From the IMG/VR virus record IMGVR_UViG_3300024259_002316, positions 15,719 to 79,718 of that record: 64,000 nt of DNA; one strand, written 5' to 3'. Positions 55,924-64,000 of the stretch are shown in pieces. The notes under the pieces are model-generated. The model did not search any database and had not been told where the DNA came from. It saw only the letters and a list, made by a program, of their open reading frames with translations. The stretch comes from a virus. Each line of letters starts with the position of its first letter. The stretch's first letter is position 1. The translations under genes and the position numbers were made by a program.

Positions 55924-56768
55924 TGAACACTAATTGTGCTTTTTATATAGGAACTACTCACGATTTCTGCCAAGATTATGCTCGTGTAAGGAAAAATGCA
56001 GTAATAGTATCTGATGGTTGCTCTGGCTCTCTTTGCTCAGATATAGGATCAAGAGTGCTTGGCGTCACAGCAATAAATAAAATAATAGAATTAGACAGTC
56101 TCTATAATTTTGACGAAAAAGAATGTATTTTGCTTGCTCGTCCATCAATACAAATGCTAAATTTACCCCACGAGTGCTTAGATGCCACTTTGTTAGCTGC
56201 TATTGTGTATGAATATGGATCACAAGCAATATGCTGCGGAGATGGGGTGATAGTCATATCGATGAAAAATGACTATAAAATTGTAATTGATTGTGCTTAT
56301 AGTGATAGTTATCCTTTTTACATGAATTATCTTTATGATACTTCAGGAAGATATCTTAGTTGGAAAAATAACCATAATAAAAGAATAATTACTATGACAG
56401 CGATTAGTCCTGAAGGAGAGGTGATTTCAGAAATAATCGGAGAAAACAAAAGATTGCCTCAAGATGCAGGTGTTATAAAAGTATTAGAACATAAAACCCT
56501 CGTCGAGATACCAGATAATAATCTTATTGAATTTATTGCTGTAATGTCAGATGGCGTTCATAGTTTTTATGAAACCATAACAACAGAAACTTCAAAATTT
56601 AATAAATCAGTATCTTACATAGATGTTTTAAAAGATTTTTTAGCATTTAAGAATTATAACCAGCTATTTGTGCAAAGAAGAGTTAATAAGTTTCGTAAAA
56701 CTTGTGCTAAAAAGAATTGGGGCAATTCTGATGATGTCTCATTGGCTGTTATTTATGCTGGAGAATAA
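55923..56768 (+). CDS. PP2C-like protein phosphatase (TerY-P type)
   Basis: H..CQDY, VSDGCSG, LDATLL, CGDGV, VMSDGV, DDVSLA. Confidence 0.85.
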   Translation: MNTNCAFYIGTTHDFCQDYARVRKNAVIVSDGCSGSLCSDIGSRVLGVTAINKIIELDSLYNFDEKECILLARPSIQMLNLPHECLDATLLAAIVYEYGSQAICCGDGVIVISMKNDYKIVIDCAYSDSYPFYMNYLYDTSGRYLSWKNNHNKRIITMTAISPEGEVISEIIGENKRLPQDAGVIKVLEHKTLVEIPDNNLIEFIAVMSDGVHSFYETITTETSKFNKSVSYIDVLKDFLAFKNYNQLFVQRRVNKFRKTCAKKNWGNSDDVSLAVIYAGE

Positions 56769-57102
56769 AAATTTATTCAAAAAAAATAAACATAAAAAAT
56801 GAAAAACTTTTTATTCGATTTTCTCGTTTTCAAGCAAAAAGAACGATAAAAGGAGCAAAACAATTTTTCGATGCTCAAAGTTTTGGAGATTTTCCTCAAG
56901 ACCCTGACCCTTATTATATTTGTTTGAATGACGGAAAGCAACAATTTGATCTATTATGTAGTGAATATCAACAAATGTATTCTAATGGAGAATGGTGGGG
57001 ATTCTACCAATTATGGATAGATTTTAAAGGTGAGAGATGGTTATTGTCTCATCTTTGTAAATGGCATAAAAATATTCCCCAATGGATAAATAAAGAAAGT
57101 CA

Positions 57103-58827
57103 ATGATGCAAGTATATATTCAAGGCAATAAGAATAAAATCAATTTGACAAAAAATCAATTTGTAGCATCTGGAGGAGAAGGGTCTATTTACGCTTCAAA
57201 AGGAACTGCCTTTAAAATATATTCTAGTTCTAAGCAGGTAATACCTCATTCTAAAATAAAAGAATTGTCTTCTATAGCCAATCCTAATGTTATTAAGCCA
57301 GAACAACTAGTTTTGGCAAATAATAACAAACCCATTGGTTATACTATGAAACATGTCCCATCGACTTATGCTTTATGTCAGATTTTTCCCAAAGCATTTA
57401 GAGATAGAACAGGACTGGACACAAAAGAAGTCCTAAAACTTGTTCAAAAAATGCAATCAACTATTTCTGATATTCATAAAAAAAATATTTTGATTGTTGA
57501 TCTGAATGAAATGAATTTTCTGGTTGATAAGAAATTCTCCAATATATTTTTTATAGATGTCGATAGTTATCAAACTTCTAGTTTCCCAGCAACAGCTATT
57601 ATGGAAACTATCAGAGATCGACATATGGTCGATAAGACTGCTTTCTCCGTATTAACCGATTGGTTTTCATTTGCAGTCGTATCTTTTCAGATGTTTATAG
57701 GAATTCACCCATACAAAGGGAAACATCCAACAATTAATTATCCTCATGATAAAATGAGGCAGCTAGATGAAAGGATGCAGCAGAACATACCTGTTTTTCA
57801 TAGAGATGTAAAATATCCTAAAGTTTGTTTGCCTTTTGATGTTATCCCTCAAGCATATAAAGATTGGTATAAAGCTGTCTTTTTTGATGGCAAAAGATTG
57901 CCTCCGCCTACAGAACCTGTGCAAGTTCTTGTTATACCTATTGCGGTCCAAACTGTTAAAGGTAATGAAGATTTTGATATTACTGAAATATTTACATACA
58001 ATAGTCATATTATAAGGTATGTATCTATAGACGGGAATAGAGCAATAACTACTTCGGACGGTCTTTATATAGACAAAAAGGAGATACCTCAAACCTATGG
58101 CAATAGGAATATGCATGTCGCTATTACTCCTTTAACTAATAAGGTTATGTCTGCCTCTCTAGTTAACGGCGAAGTTTTTGTATATAATTGCTCTGACAAG
58201 ACCTTCCCCAAACAAAGAATCGCAGCAGATGATATCATGTCATCCAAAGGTAGAGTTTATATTAAAAATAAAGATATAGTATCTGAACTTACTTTTGTTG
58301 AAATGGGAAAAAATATTCATGTGGTTTCTCAACATGTAGGAAATGTCATGGAAAATTCTACTAAATTCTATGACGGAGTTATTATACAAAACGTCTTAGG
58401 ATCATTTGTGGCTTCTATATTTCCATCTTCTGGAATGCACCATCAAATAAAATGTCCAGAATTCACAGGTTATCAGATTATAGATGCCAAATATAGGGAC
58501 AATGTGCTAGTAGTCATTGCTAGTCAAAAAGGTAAATATGATAAGTTTATCTTAAAGTTTGATAACAAATTCTCAACTTACTCATTACGAAAAGTCGATG
58601 ATATATCATATGTTGGTATAAACTTTGCAGTTTTAGAGAATGGGATAGTTGTCCATATAAATGAGAATGAAGAAATGGAAATCTTTTCTAATAAGAAAGA
58701 TTCTAATACTGTAAAGGTAATTGATAATGATGCCATATCAGGAAATATGAAGCTATTTAATGATGGTGTTCAAGTTGTTTTTGCTCAAAATAAAACATTA
58801 TATAGATTAAAGATGAAAGGAAAATAG
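57103..58827 (+). CDS. Ser/Thr protein kinase with C-terminal beta-rich domain (TerY-P type)
   Basis: SGGEGSIY, AFKIY, IVDLNEMNFLV, FIDVDSY, DWFSFAV, IHPYKG. Confidence 0.88.
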   Translation: MMQVYIQGNKNKINLTKNQFVASGGEGSIYASKGTAFKIYSSSKQVIPHSKIKELSSIANPNVIKPEQLVLANNNKPIGYTMKHVPSTYALCQIFPKAFRDRTGLDTKEVLKLVQKMQSTISDIHKKNILIVDLNEMNFLVDKKFSNIFFIDVDSYQTSSFPATAIMETIRDRHMVDKTAFSVLTDWFSFAVVSFQMFIGIHPYKGKHPTINYPHDKMRQLDERMQQNIPVFHRDVKYPKVCLPFDVIPQAYKDWYKAVFFDGKRLPPPTEPVQVLVIPIAVQTVKGNEDFDITEIFTYNSHIIRYVSIDGNRAITTSDGLYIDKKEIPQTYGNRNMHVAITPLTNKVMSASLVNGEVFVYNCSDKTFPKQRIAADDIMSSKGRVYIKNKDIVSELTFVEMGKNIHVVSQHVGNVMENSTKFYDGVIIQNVLGSFVASIFPSSGMHHQIKCPEFTGYQIIDAKYRDNVLVVIASQKGKYDKFILKFDNKFSTYSLRKVDDISYVGINFAVLENGIVVHINENEEMEIFSNKKDSNTVKVIDNDAISGNMKLFNDGVQVVFAQNKTLYRLKMKGK

Positions 58828-58829
58828 GT

Positions 58830-59114
58830 ATGAGTAAAAACGGTATTAAATGCCCATATTGTGGAGGACAAAATTTAACCATATGGGTAGAACAAATACG
58901 AAATGAATCTTATATTATAGAAAATAATAAATTATATAAACATTCTGTTGGGGATGAAAGGGATACAGGAAATAAAAAGATATTTTGTAGAGATTGTCTC
59001 CAAAATGAAAATGTCCTAGATCCGACCTGGAAAATAACAGAACAAGAATCACAAATAATAAAAGATATGCTTGATTTAGATAGATCGGCAGATGTGACAG
59101 AATATATGAAATAA
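58830..59114 (+). CDS. Zinc-ribbon protein
   Basis: CPYCG...CRDC. Confidence 0.6.
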   Translation: MSKNGIKCPYCGGQNLTIWVEQIRNESYIIENNKLYKHSVGDERDTGNKKIFCRDCLQNENVLDPTWKITEQESQIIKDMLDLDRSADVTEYMK

Positions 59115-59115
59115 A

Positions 59116-59478
59116 ATGGCAGAAGAGAGAAAAAACTACTGGATAAAAATATTCATTAAGAAATGCACTTCTTTACATACTGCTCAAGAGCAACTAGATG
59201 CTTATTTCGAGTGGTGTGAACATACCTATAATGTGTCCGAACAATACTCTAATCAATTAAAGACAATATTCACAATTGACGAGTATATTAATAGGCTTAT
59301 TCCTGTTGTGGACAAATATTTCTCAATAGACGAGTTGAAAGAAATGATAAGATTCTATTCAACCGATACTGGGAAAAAACTATTAGATCTTAGTTTTTTA
59401 CAAAATATAGGAAAAGCCAGTATGGATCTCAACACAGAGATAGAACAAAAATTTTCAACAGGGAATAACAAATTGTGA
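59116..59478 (+). CDS. DUF2059-like protein
   Basis: KYFSIDELKEMIRFYSTDTGKKL. Confidence 0.6.
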   Translation: MAEERKNYWIKIFIKKCTSLHTAQEQLDAYFEWCEHTYNVSEQYSNQLKTIFTIDEYINRLIPVVDKYFSIDELKEMIRFYSTDTGKKLLDLSFLQNIGKASMDLNTEIEQKFSTGNNKL

Positions 59479-61055
59479 TGGAAGATTTTGATATTATAGG
59501 AAAACCAATAACGGAAGAAGAAACAGAATGTGAACAAATTATACAATATGATAAAGCATATTACGATAATTTAAAAGAACAACATATTTCAACAGCAGAA
59601 CAAATCAACAAAAAACGATGGAAGTTTGTAGAAAGCGTTCCTTTTGAAACGGTCCTGGACTATGGCTGCGGATGCGGAGAGTTGACTGAATATGCCCCCG
59701 ATGGGATAGTTGTAGATTCATATGATATAGGGAAGCTAAATGGTGAATCATATCCACAAACAGGAATTAACCATGATCATTATGATCTAGTATTTTTTAA
59801 TGATGTATTAGAACATATTGATTGGCTAAATAATCCAGACAATGATATAGAGAAAATATTAAAAATAGTAAAGTATGTTTGCATATCCATCCCTTTATGG
59901 GAATATGATGATGGAAACAATATAAAAGAATGGAAACATTACAAACCCAAAGAACATCTTACATATTTTGATTACACAGAAATAACTCAGTTCTTTAGAA
60001 AGCGGGGGTTTAGAGAAATTATACAAGATACAAACGAATGCCCTCCACGAGAAAATATATTCTCAGCCATTTATAAGCAAATTATACATCCTCCCCAGAA
60101 AAATAAGTCCACAACAATCATCTCCCCTATTGAAAAACAAAATAAAAAAAGAAAAATAATTTTAAAACAAAAACAATCACCAGGAGATATTCTAACATTC
60201 ACAAGATCAGTCACAGATTTAAAACTATCCTATCCCGAATGGGATATTGATGTTAAAACTCCTGCAAACGAAATATTTGAGAATTGTCCTCATATAACCC
60301 ACCTAGATGAAAAAGATCCAGAAGTAGAAGTGTTTAATATCACATATCCTGATATAAATATATCAGGATGGAATGGTCTTCATTATAGCGATGCATTTAG
60401 AAATAATATGGAAGAACAATTAGGAGTTAAAATAGTTAAAACTGGGTTTAAACCCGAGCTATGGATTTCTGATGAAGAAAAAGGGTGGATTAACCAGGTA
60501 GAGGCAGAGTTCGGATGGAAAGGTCCTTTTTGGCTTTTAAATGCTGGACAAAAACCAGATAATGATCTTAAATATTATTATAGATGGCAAGAAGTTGTTG
60601 ATTTGTTGAATTTTCACTTTGCAGATAAAGTAAAAATAATTCAAATAGGTCACTCATCACATAAACATAAGAAGTTAGAAGATGTTTTAGATTTAGTTGG
60701 AAAAACAGATATAAGACAACTGATTAGATTGGCTTATTGGTCTGAGGGTTTAGTAGGCCCTCTTTCTTTTCAATTCGTTTTGGCAGCAGCACTAGAGAAA
60801 CCAGGGGTAGTAGTAGCGGGAGGAAAAGAAGGGGTTAACTGGCATATTTATCCTCACATTAGACACATATGCACAAATGGAACAATAGACTGCTGTAAAT
60901 GGGATGGTTGTTGGAAGAGCAAAAAGGAAGATTGTCTACATTATAGTGAAGATGAGGGGCCATTATGTTATAGCTTAATTAAACCTCATATGATAGCAGA
61001 ATCGGTTTTAATGTACTATGAGGGCAAAATTCTTTCAACAGAAAAAAGAGTATAG
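59475..61055 (+). CDS. Methyltransferase + GT9 (heptosyltransferase-like) glycosyltransferase fusion
   Basis: VLDYGCGCG, DVLEHI; SPGDIL, NCPHI, IIQIG, DLVGKTDIRQL, AAALEKP. Confidence 0.8.
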   Translation: MMEDFDIIGKPITEEETECEQIIQYDKAYYDNLKEQHISTAEQINKKRWKFVESVPFETVLDYGCGCGELTEYAPDGIVVDSYDIGKLNGESYPQTGINHDHYDLVFFNDVLEHIDWLNNPDNDIEKILKIVKYVCISIPLWEYDDGNNIKEWKHYKPKEHLTYFDYTEITQFFRKRGFREIIQDTNECPPRENIFSAIYKQIIHPPQKNKSTTIISPIEKQNKKRKIILKQKQSPGDILTFTRSVTDLKLSYPEWDIDVKTPANEIFENCPHITHLDEKDPEVEVFNITYPDINISGWNGLHYSDAFRNNMEEQLGVKIVKTGFKPELWISDEEKGWINQVEAEFGWKGPFWLLNAGQKPDNDLKYYYRWQEVVDLLNFHFADKVKIIQIGHSSHKHKKLEDVLDLVGKTDIRQLIRLAYWSEGLVGPLSFQFVLAAALEKPGVVVAGGKEGVNWHIYPHIRHICTNGTIDCCKWDGCWKSKKEDCLHYSEDEGPLCYSLIKPHMIAESVLMYYEGKILSTEKRV

Positions 61056-61061
61056 AATAAA

Positions 61062-62330
61062 ATGCAATCAAGTTATATAGATAAAACATATCATAATTTT
61101 GTAAAGAATAAAAAAGTTATTGTTGTGGGGGCAGCTCCGCATCTGTTAAATAGCAAACAAGGCAATTTTATAGATTCTTTTGATTTAGTAGTTAGGATTA
61201 ATAAGGGTTTTGAATTAACAGAAGATATGCAAATAGATCTTGGAACAAGAACAGATATTATTTACAGTGGAGTTACGACTCAATGGCATATCCATGGAAA
61301 AATTATTCCAGAGGAATTAAAAGGCAAAGTAAAATGGATATGTAGTTCTAATATAAGTGAAGGAGTGGGAACAAAAATAGAAGAAAAATTTAGACAACGG
61401 AATAAAAATCTTATTCCATTTCATACTATAAATCTTCAATTTCATAAAAAAATAATGCAAAAATTAGATTCGTATCCTAATTCAGGAACTACTGCAATTT
61501 TAGACTTATTATTACACGAAGTTAAAGAGTTATATATTACAGGATTTACATTTTTTCAAAAAAGAAAAGAATGTAATAAAATATATTTCCCAGGATATAG
61601 GCCAGAAACTCAATATAATGATCCAGCCCATAATGCTCCACGACAACTAGAATATATGAAAGAGATTGTAAAACAAGATAGCAGAATAAAAGTAGACGAT
61701 GTTTTACATAAAATCCTTACTGAGGAAACAAAGAAAGATATACTATTAAAAGAAGCCAATAAGAAAGAGATTATAACTAAAAGAAAAAAGAAACAAGAAA
61801 TATATAAACAAAATTACTCTAACCCTCAAAATAGTTTTAACAATATTCTCACGGAAGAAGATTATAAAACAATAAAGAGTATAGATCAAATATCTTCTCT
61901 TTGTGATGTCGGATGCGGGGATGGGACGTTTTGTTTATGGGTGAAAAAGAATATATGTAGATCTTTATATGGGGTAGATTTTGCTTCTAATTTCTGTCCA
62001 GTAAGAATGTGGTGGTTTAAAGAAGATGCTCACGATATAAGATTGCCAGATAAATATATTGATTATATAACGGCGTTAAATCTTATGGAGTATCTGATTG
62101 TAGAAGATGTCGATTTCGTATTGCAAGAATTTTGCAGGATTGCTGTTAAAGGTGTAATTTTTTACTTAACTTTTACTCTTCCTGATTCTAATAATATATT
62201 AGAGAAAAAACTAAAAACTATTATAAAACCTAAATCTTGGTGGATAAATAAGTTTGAAAAATATGGAAGAATAAAAGAAGTAGATAAATTTATAATTATC
62301 TCTCTGGAGGAAAATGAAAATGAATACTAA
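61062..62330 (+). CDS. GT29 (sialyltransferase-like) domain + methyltransferase fusion
   Basis: VIVVGAAP.L....G..IDSFD.VVR.N...GTRT, PNSGT.AI, LYITGF; C-terminal LCDVGCGDG. Confidence 0.7.
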   Translation: MQSSYIDKTYHNFVKNKKVIVVGAAPHLLNSKQGNFIDSFDLVVRINKGFELTEDMQIDLGTRTDIIYSGVTTQWHIHGKIIPEELKGKVKWICSSNISEGVGTKIEEKFRQRNKNLIPFHTINLQFHKKIMQKLDSYPNSGTTAILDLLLHEVKELYITGFTFFQKRKECNKIYFPGYRPETQYNDPAHNAPRQLEYMKEIVKQDSRIKVDDVLHKILTEETKKDILLKEANKKEIITKRKKKQEIYKQNYSNPQNSFNNILTEEDYKTIKSIDQISSLCDVGCGDGTFCLWVKKNICRSLYGVDFASNFCPVRMWWFKEDAHDIRLPDKYIDYITALNLMEYLIVEDVDFVLQEFCRIAVKGVIFYLTFTLPDSNNILEKKLKTIIKPKSWWINKFEKYGRIKEVDKFIIISLEENENEY

Positions 62331-63330
62331 AACTAATAACCAAAGATTAAGATTTGATCCCCAAAAAGACAAACACGTAAAATATTTATTTGTTTCTCCT
62401 TTTGTTAATGGAGGAAAATTTGTAGCTTCGAGCATTCCCCTTCAAGCAAAAATCTTTCCTACCAAAAAACATAAAACATCAGATTCTTTGATGTATTTAT
62501 TTAAAAATGGATTAGAAGTGGAGAATATGCTGATTGCCAATGCTTGCGTAGTAACTAATGAGCTAAAAAAATATATAAAAGACAACGATATTAAAGTGTC
62601 ATTTTATGAAAAGGGATTTTTTCCCCATGTTGGAAGATGGATATTTGATAACGAGGGATACTTTTGCGAGTCATTATTATCAAAATCTAGAATAGAAGAT
62701 ATAGACATAAATGAACAAGAAGTCCAAAAATCTATAGACGAATATAAACATAAACATATAAAACAAAATAGACATTTAACTATAGATGGGTCCTTTATAA
62801 CATTTGTAATGCAGCACCCCGATGATGGAACTATTCAACAAGGTTTTGATAATTTTAATGGATTTCAAAAAATAATAGACTGGATTCGTTCATCGGTATT
62901 AGAAAAAAATGAATATCTTATTGTAAAAATGCATCCCAGTAATCATCTAACACAAGAAAAAATAAATATTCCAGATAAAAGCATAGCTATTCAATCTAAA
63001 GATTTTAATGACTCTATAATTAGAAATTCTGAATTAGTTATCGGTATCAATTCTAGCTTACTCCACGATGCAAGTATTATTTACCACAAACCTGTTTTAT
63101 CATTAGGTAAAAGCTGGTTTACTTCTCATCCAGAAATATCTCCTATAATTAGTATGGCAGATAAAATAATTAAGAGACCCGTAATTGATGATAGTATTAT
63201 TTCGTATCGTAGAAAAATGTTTTATTTGTTGAATAAAATGCAGACTCCATATCAATGCGACTTTAAAGACTTTTTATATATGCATAAAAAAGCTCAAAAT
63301 ATAAAAGCAATAGAAGATTGGACAAAATGA
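62314..63330 (+). CDS. Capsule polysaccharide biosynthesis (KpsS/KpsC-like) protein
   Basis: YEKGFFP, FD..G, MQ.PDD, VKMHP, VIGINSS, KPV..LG.SWF. Confidence 0.7.
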   Translation: MKMNTKTNNQRLRFDPQKDKHVKYLFVSPFVNGGKFVASSIPLQAKIFPTKKHKTSDSLMYLFKNGLEVENMLIANACVVTNELKKYIKDNDIKVSFYEKGFFPHVGRWIFDNEGYFCESLLSKSRIEDIDINEQEVQKSIDEYKHKHIKQNRHLTIDGSFITFVMQHPDDGTIQQGFDNFNGFQKIIDWIRSSVLEKNEYLIVKMHPSNHLTQEKINIPDKSIAIQSKDFNDSIIRNSELVIGINSSLLHDASIIYHKPVLSLGKSWFTSHPEISPIISMADKIIKRPVIDDSIISYRRKMFYLLNKMQTPYQCDFKDFLYMHKKAQNIKAIEDWTK

Positions 63331-64000
63331 TAATGACAGATACAAATGCCCCATTAGTCAGTGTGATAATGACTTCTGTATTCCCAGAATTATGGGAAGA
63401 TATATACGAGAAATTTAATACAGATAATAATATACCCTTTGAGATGATTGTTGTAGGTCCTAAAGGTAATCATGAAATAAAACATCATAATTTTGAATTT
63501 ATAGAAGCCAATGTAAAACCTGTTCAATGCGTAGAAATAGCAGCTAGAAATGCAAAAGGAAAACATATATGGATAGCTGCGGACGATGTATCTGTAAGCC
63601 CTGGGTTTTTAAACCAGATGATACATTTTAAAATAAGAATACACAATGAGAAAACATTATTATGTCCTATAGTAATAAATCCAAAAGGAAATGCAATATT
63701 TCAGACCCCAGGAAAATGGGCCAACAATACTTCGGTCCCATTAATTAACGAAATGTTTTTAATAGATACAAAAATTTGGCATCAAATAGGAGGTATTGAT
63801 AAAAACTTCATAGGTATAAATTTTGAAAAAGATATAGCATTTCGTTTATATCTGCAAGGAGGAGAATTTTTTATTGTGCCTACCACGAAAGCCTTTGTAA
63901 ATAAGGGTTCTGCGCAAAAAAAACCAAATTTGACTAGTCTTGTTTCTCCTAATGACAGAACATTTCTACATGATTTATGGATAACTAGAAACGAACACAA
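63327..64000 (+). CDS. GT2-family glycosyltransferase, partial (runs off right edge; not in track)
   Basis: My manual translation MIMTDTNAPLVSVIM...FEMIVVG...KGKHIWIAADD...IGGID.NF...EKDIAFR; ATGA overlap with the upstream gene. Confidence 0.8.
   Translation, partial: MIMTDTNAPLVSVIMTSVFPELWEDIYEKFNTDNNIPFEMIVVGPKGNHEIKHHNFEFIEANVKPVQCVEIAARNAKGKHIWIAADDVSVSPGFLNQMIHFKIRIHNEKTLLCPIVINPKGNAIFQTPGKWANNTSVPLINEMFLIDTKIWHQIGGIDKNFIGINFEKDIAFRLYLQGGEFFIVPTTKAFVNKGSAQKKPNLTSLVSPNDRTFLHDLWITRNEH

Noticed and set aside
36687-64000. Bacterial chromosome or prophage-flanking host DNA (pncB, nadE, ligA, GTs)
   Set aside because: Same promoter motifs, composition and dense small-ORF organisation as the phage arm; no integrase, att site or housekeeping operons.

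Overview
This is a 64-kb segment of an AT-rich, very large (jumbo/huge) tailed dsDNA phage genome, standard code 11. The host cannot be determined; a FliA/WhiG-type sigma and a TIGR03790-like gene weakly suggest a PVC/Planctomycetota-type host. Positions 1-36.5 kb are almost entirely minus-strand. They carry a head/packaging module: a >1000-aa prohead protease-scaffold ORF that runs off the left edge and is absent from the ORF track, an intein-containing portal fused to a DUF559-like nuclease, many acidic head-type proteins, and an intein-containing large terminase. These are followed by a beta-helix protein, a TIGR03790-like protein, dUTPase, class II RNR, HNH, macrodomain and a sigma-28-like factor. 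Positions 36.7-64 kb are mostly plus-strand accessory genes: pncB, nadE, a pncA-like nicotinamidase, NAD-dependent ligA, Nudix, RNA ligase, kinase, phosphoesterase, nucleotidyltransferase, two tRNAs, a vWA/PP2C/Ser-Thr kinase (TerY-P-like) triad and a glycosyltransferase cluster. Best leads: (1) a phage-encoded deamidated (Preiss-Handler) NAD+ salvage route distinct from NARP1/NARP2; (2) a nicotinamidase-vWA-PP2C-kinase module; (3) an assemblin-like head-maturation network, with K-x-A-[SQEA] motifs, shared N-terminal leaders and a sigma-28-like late promoter, including a kinase gene with nested late and early promoters predicted to give leader-plus and leader-minus isoforms; (4) a coiled-coil gene followed by a structured RNA. 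All family assignments come from motif recognition by eye, not database searches.
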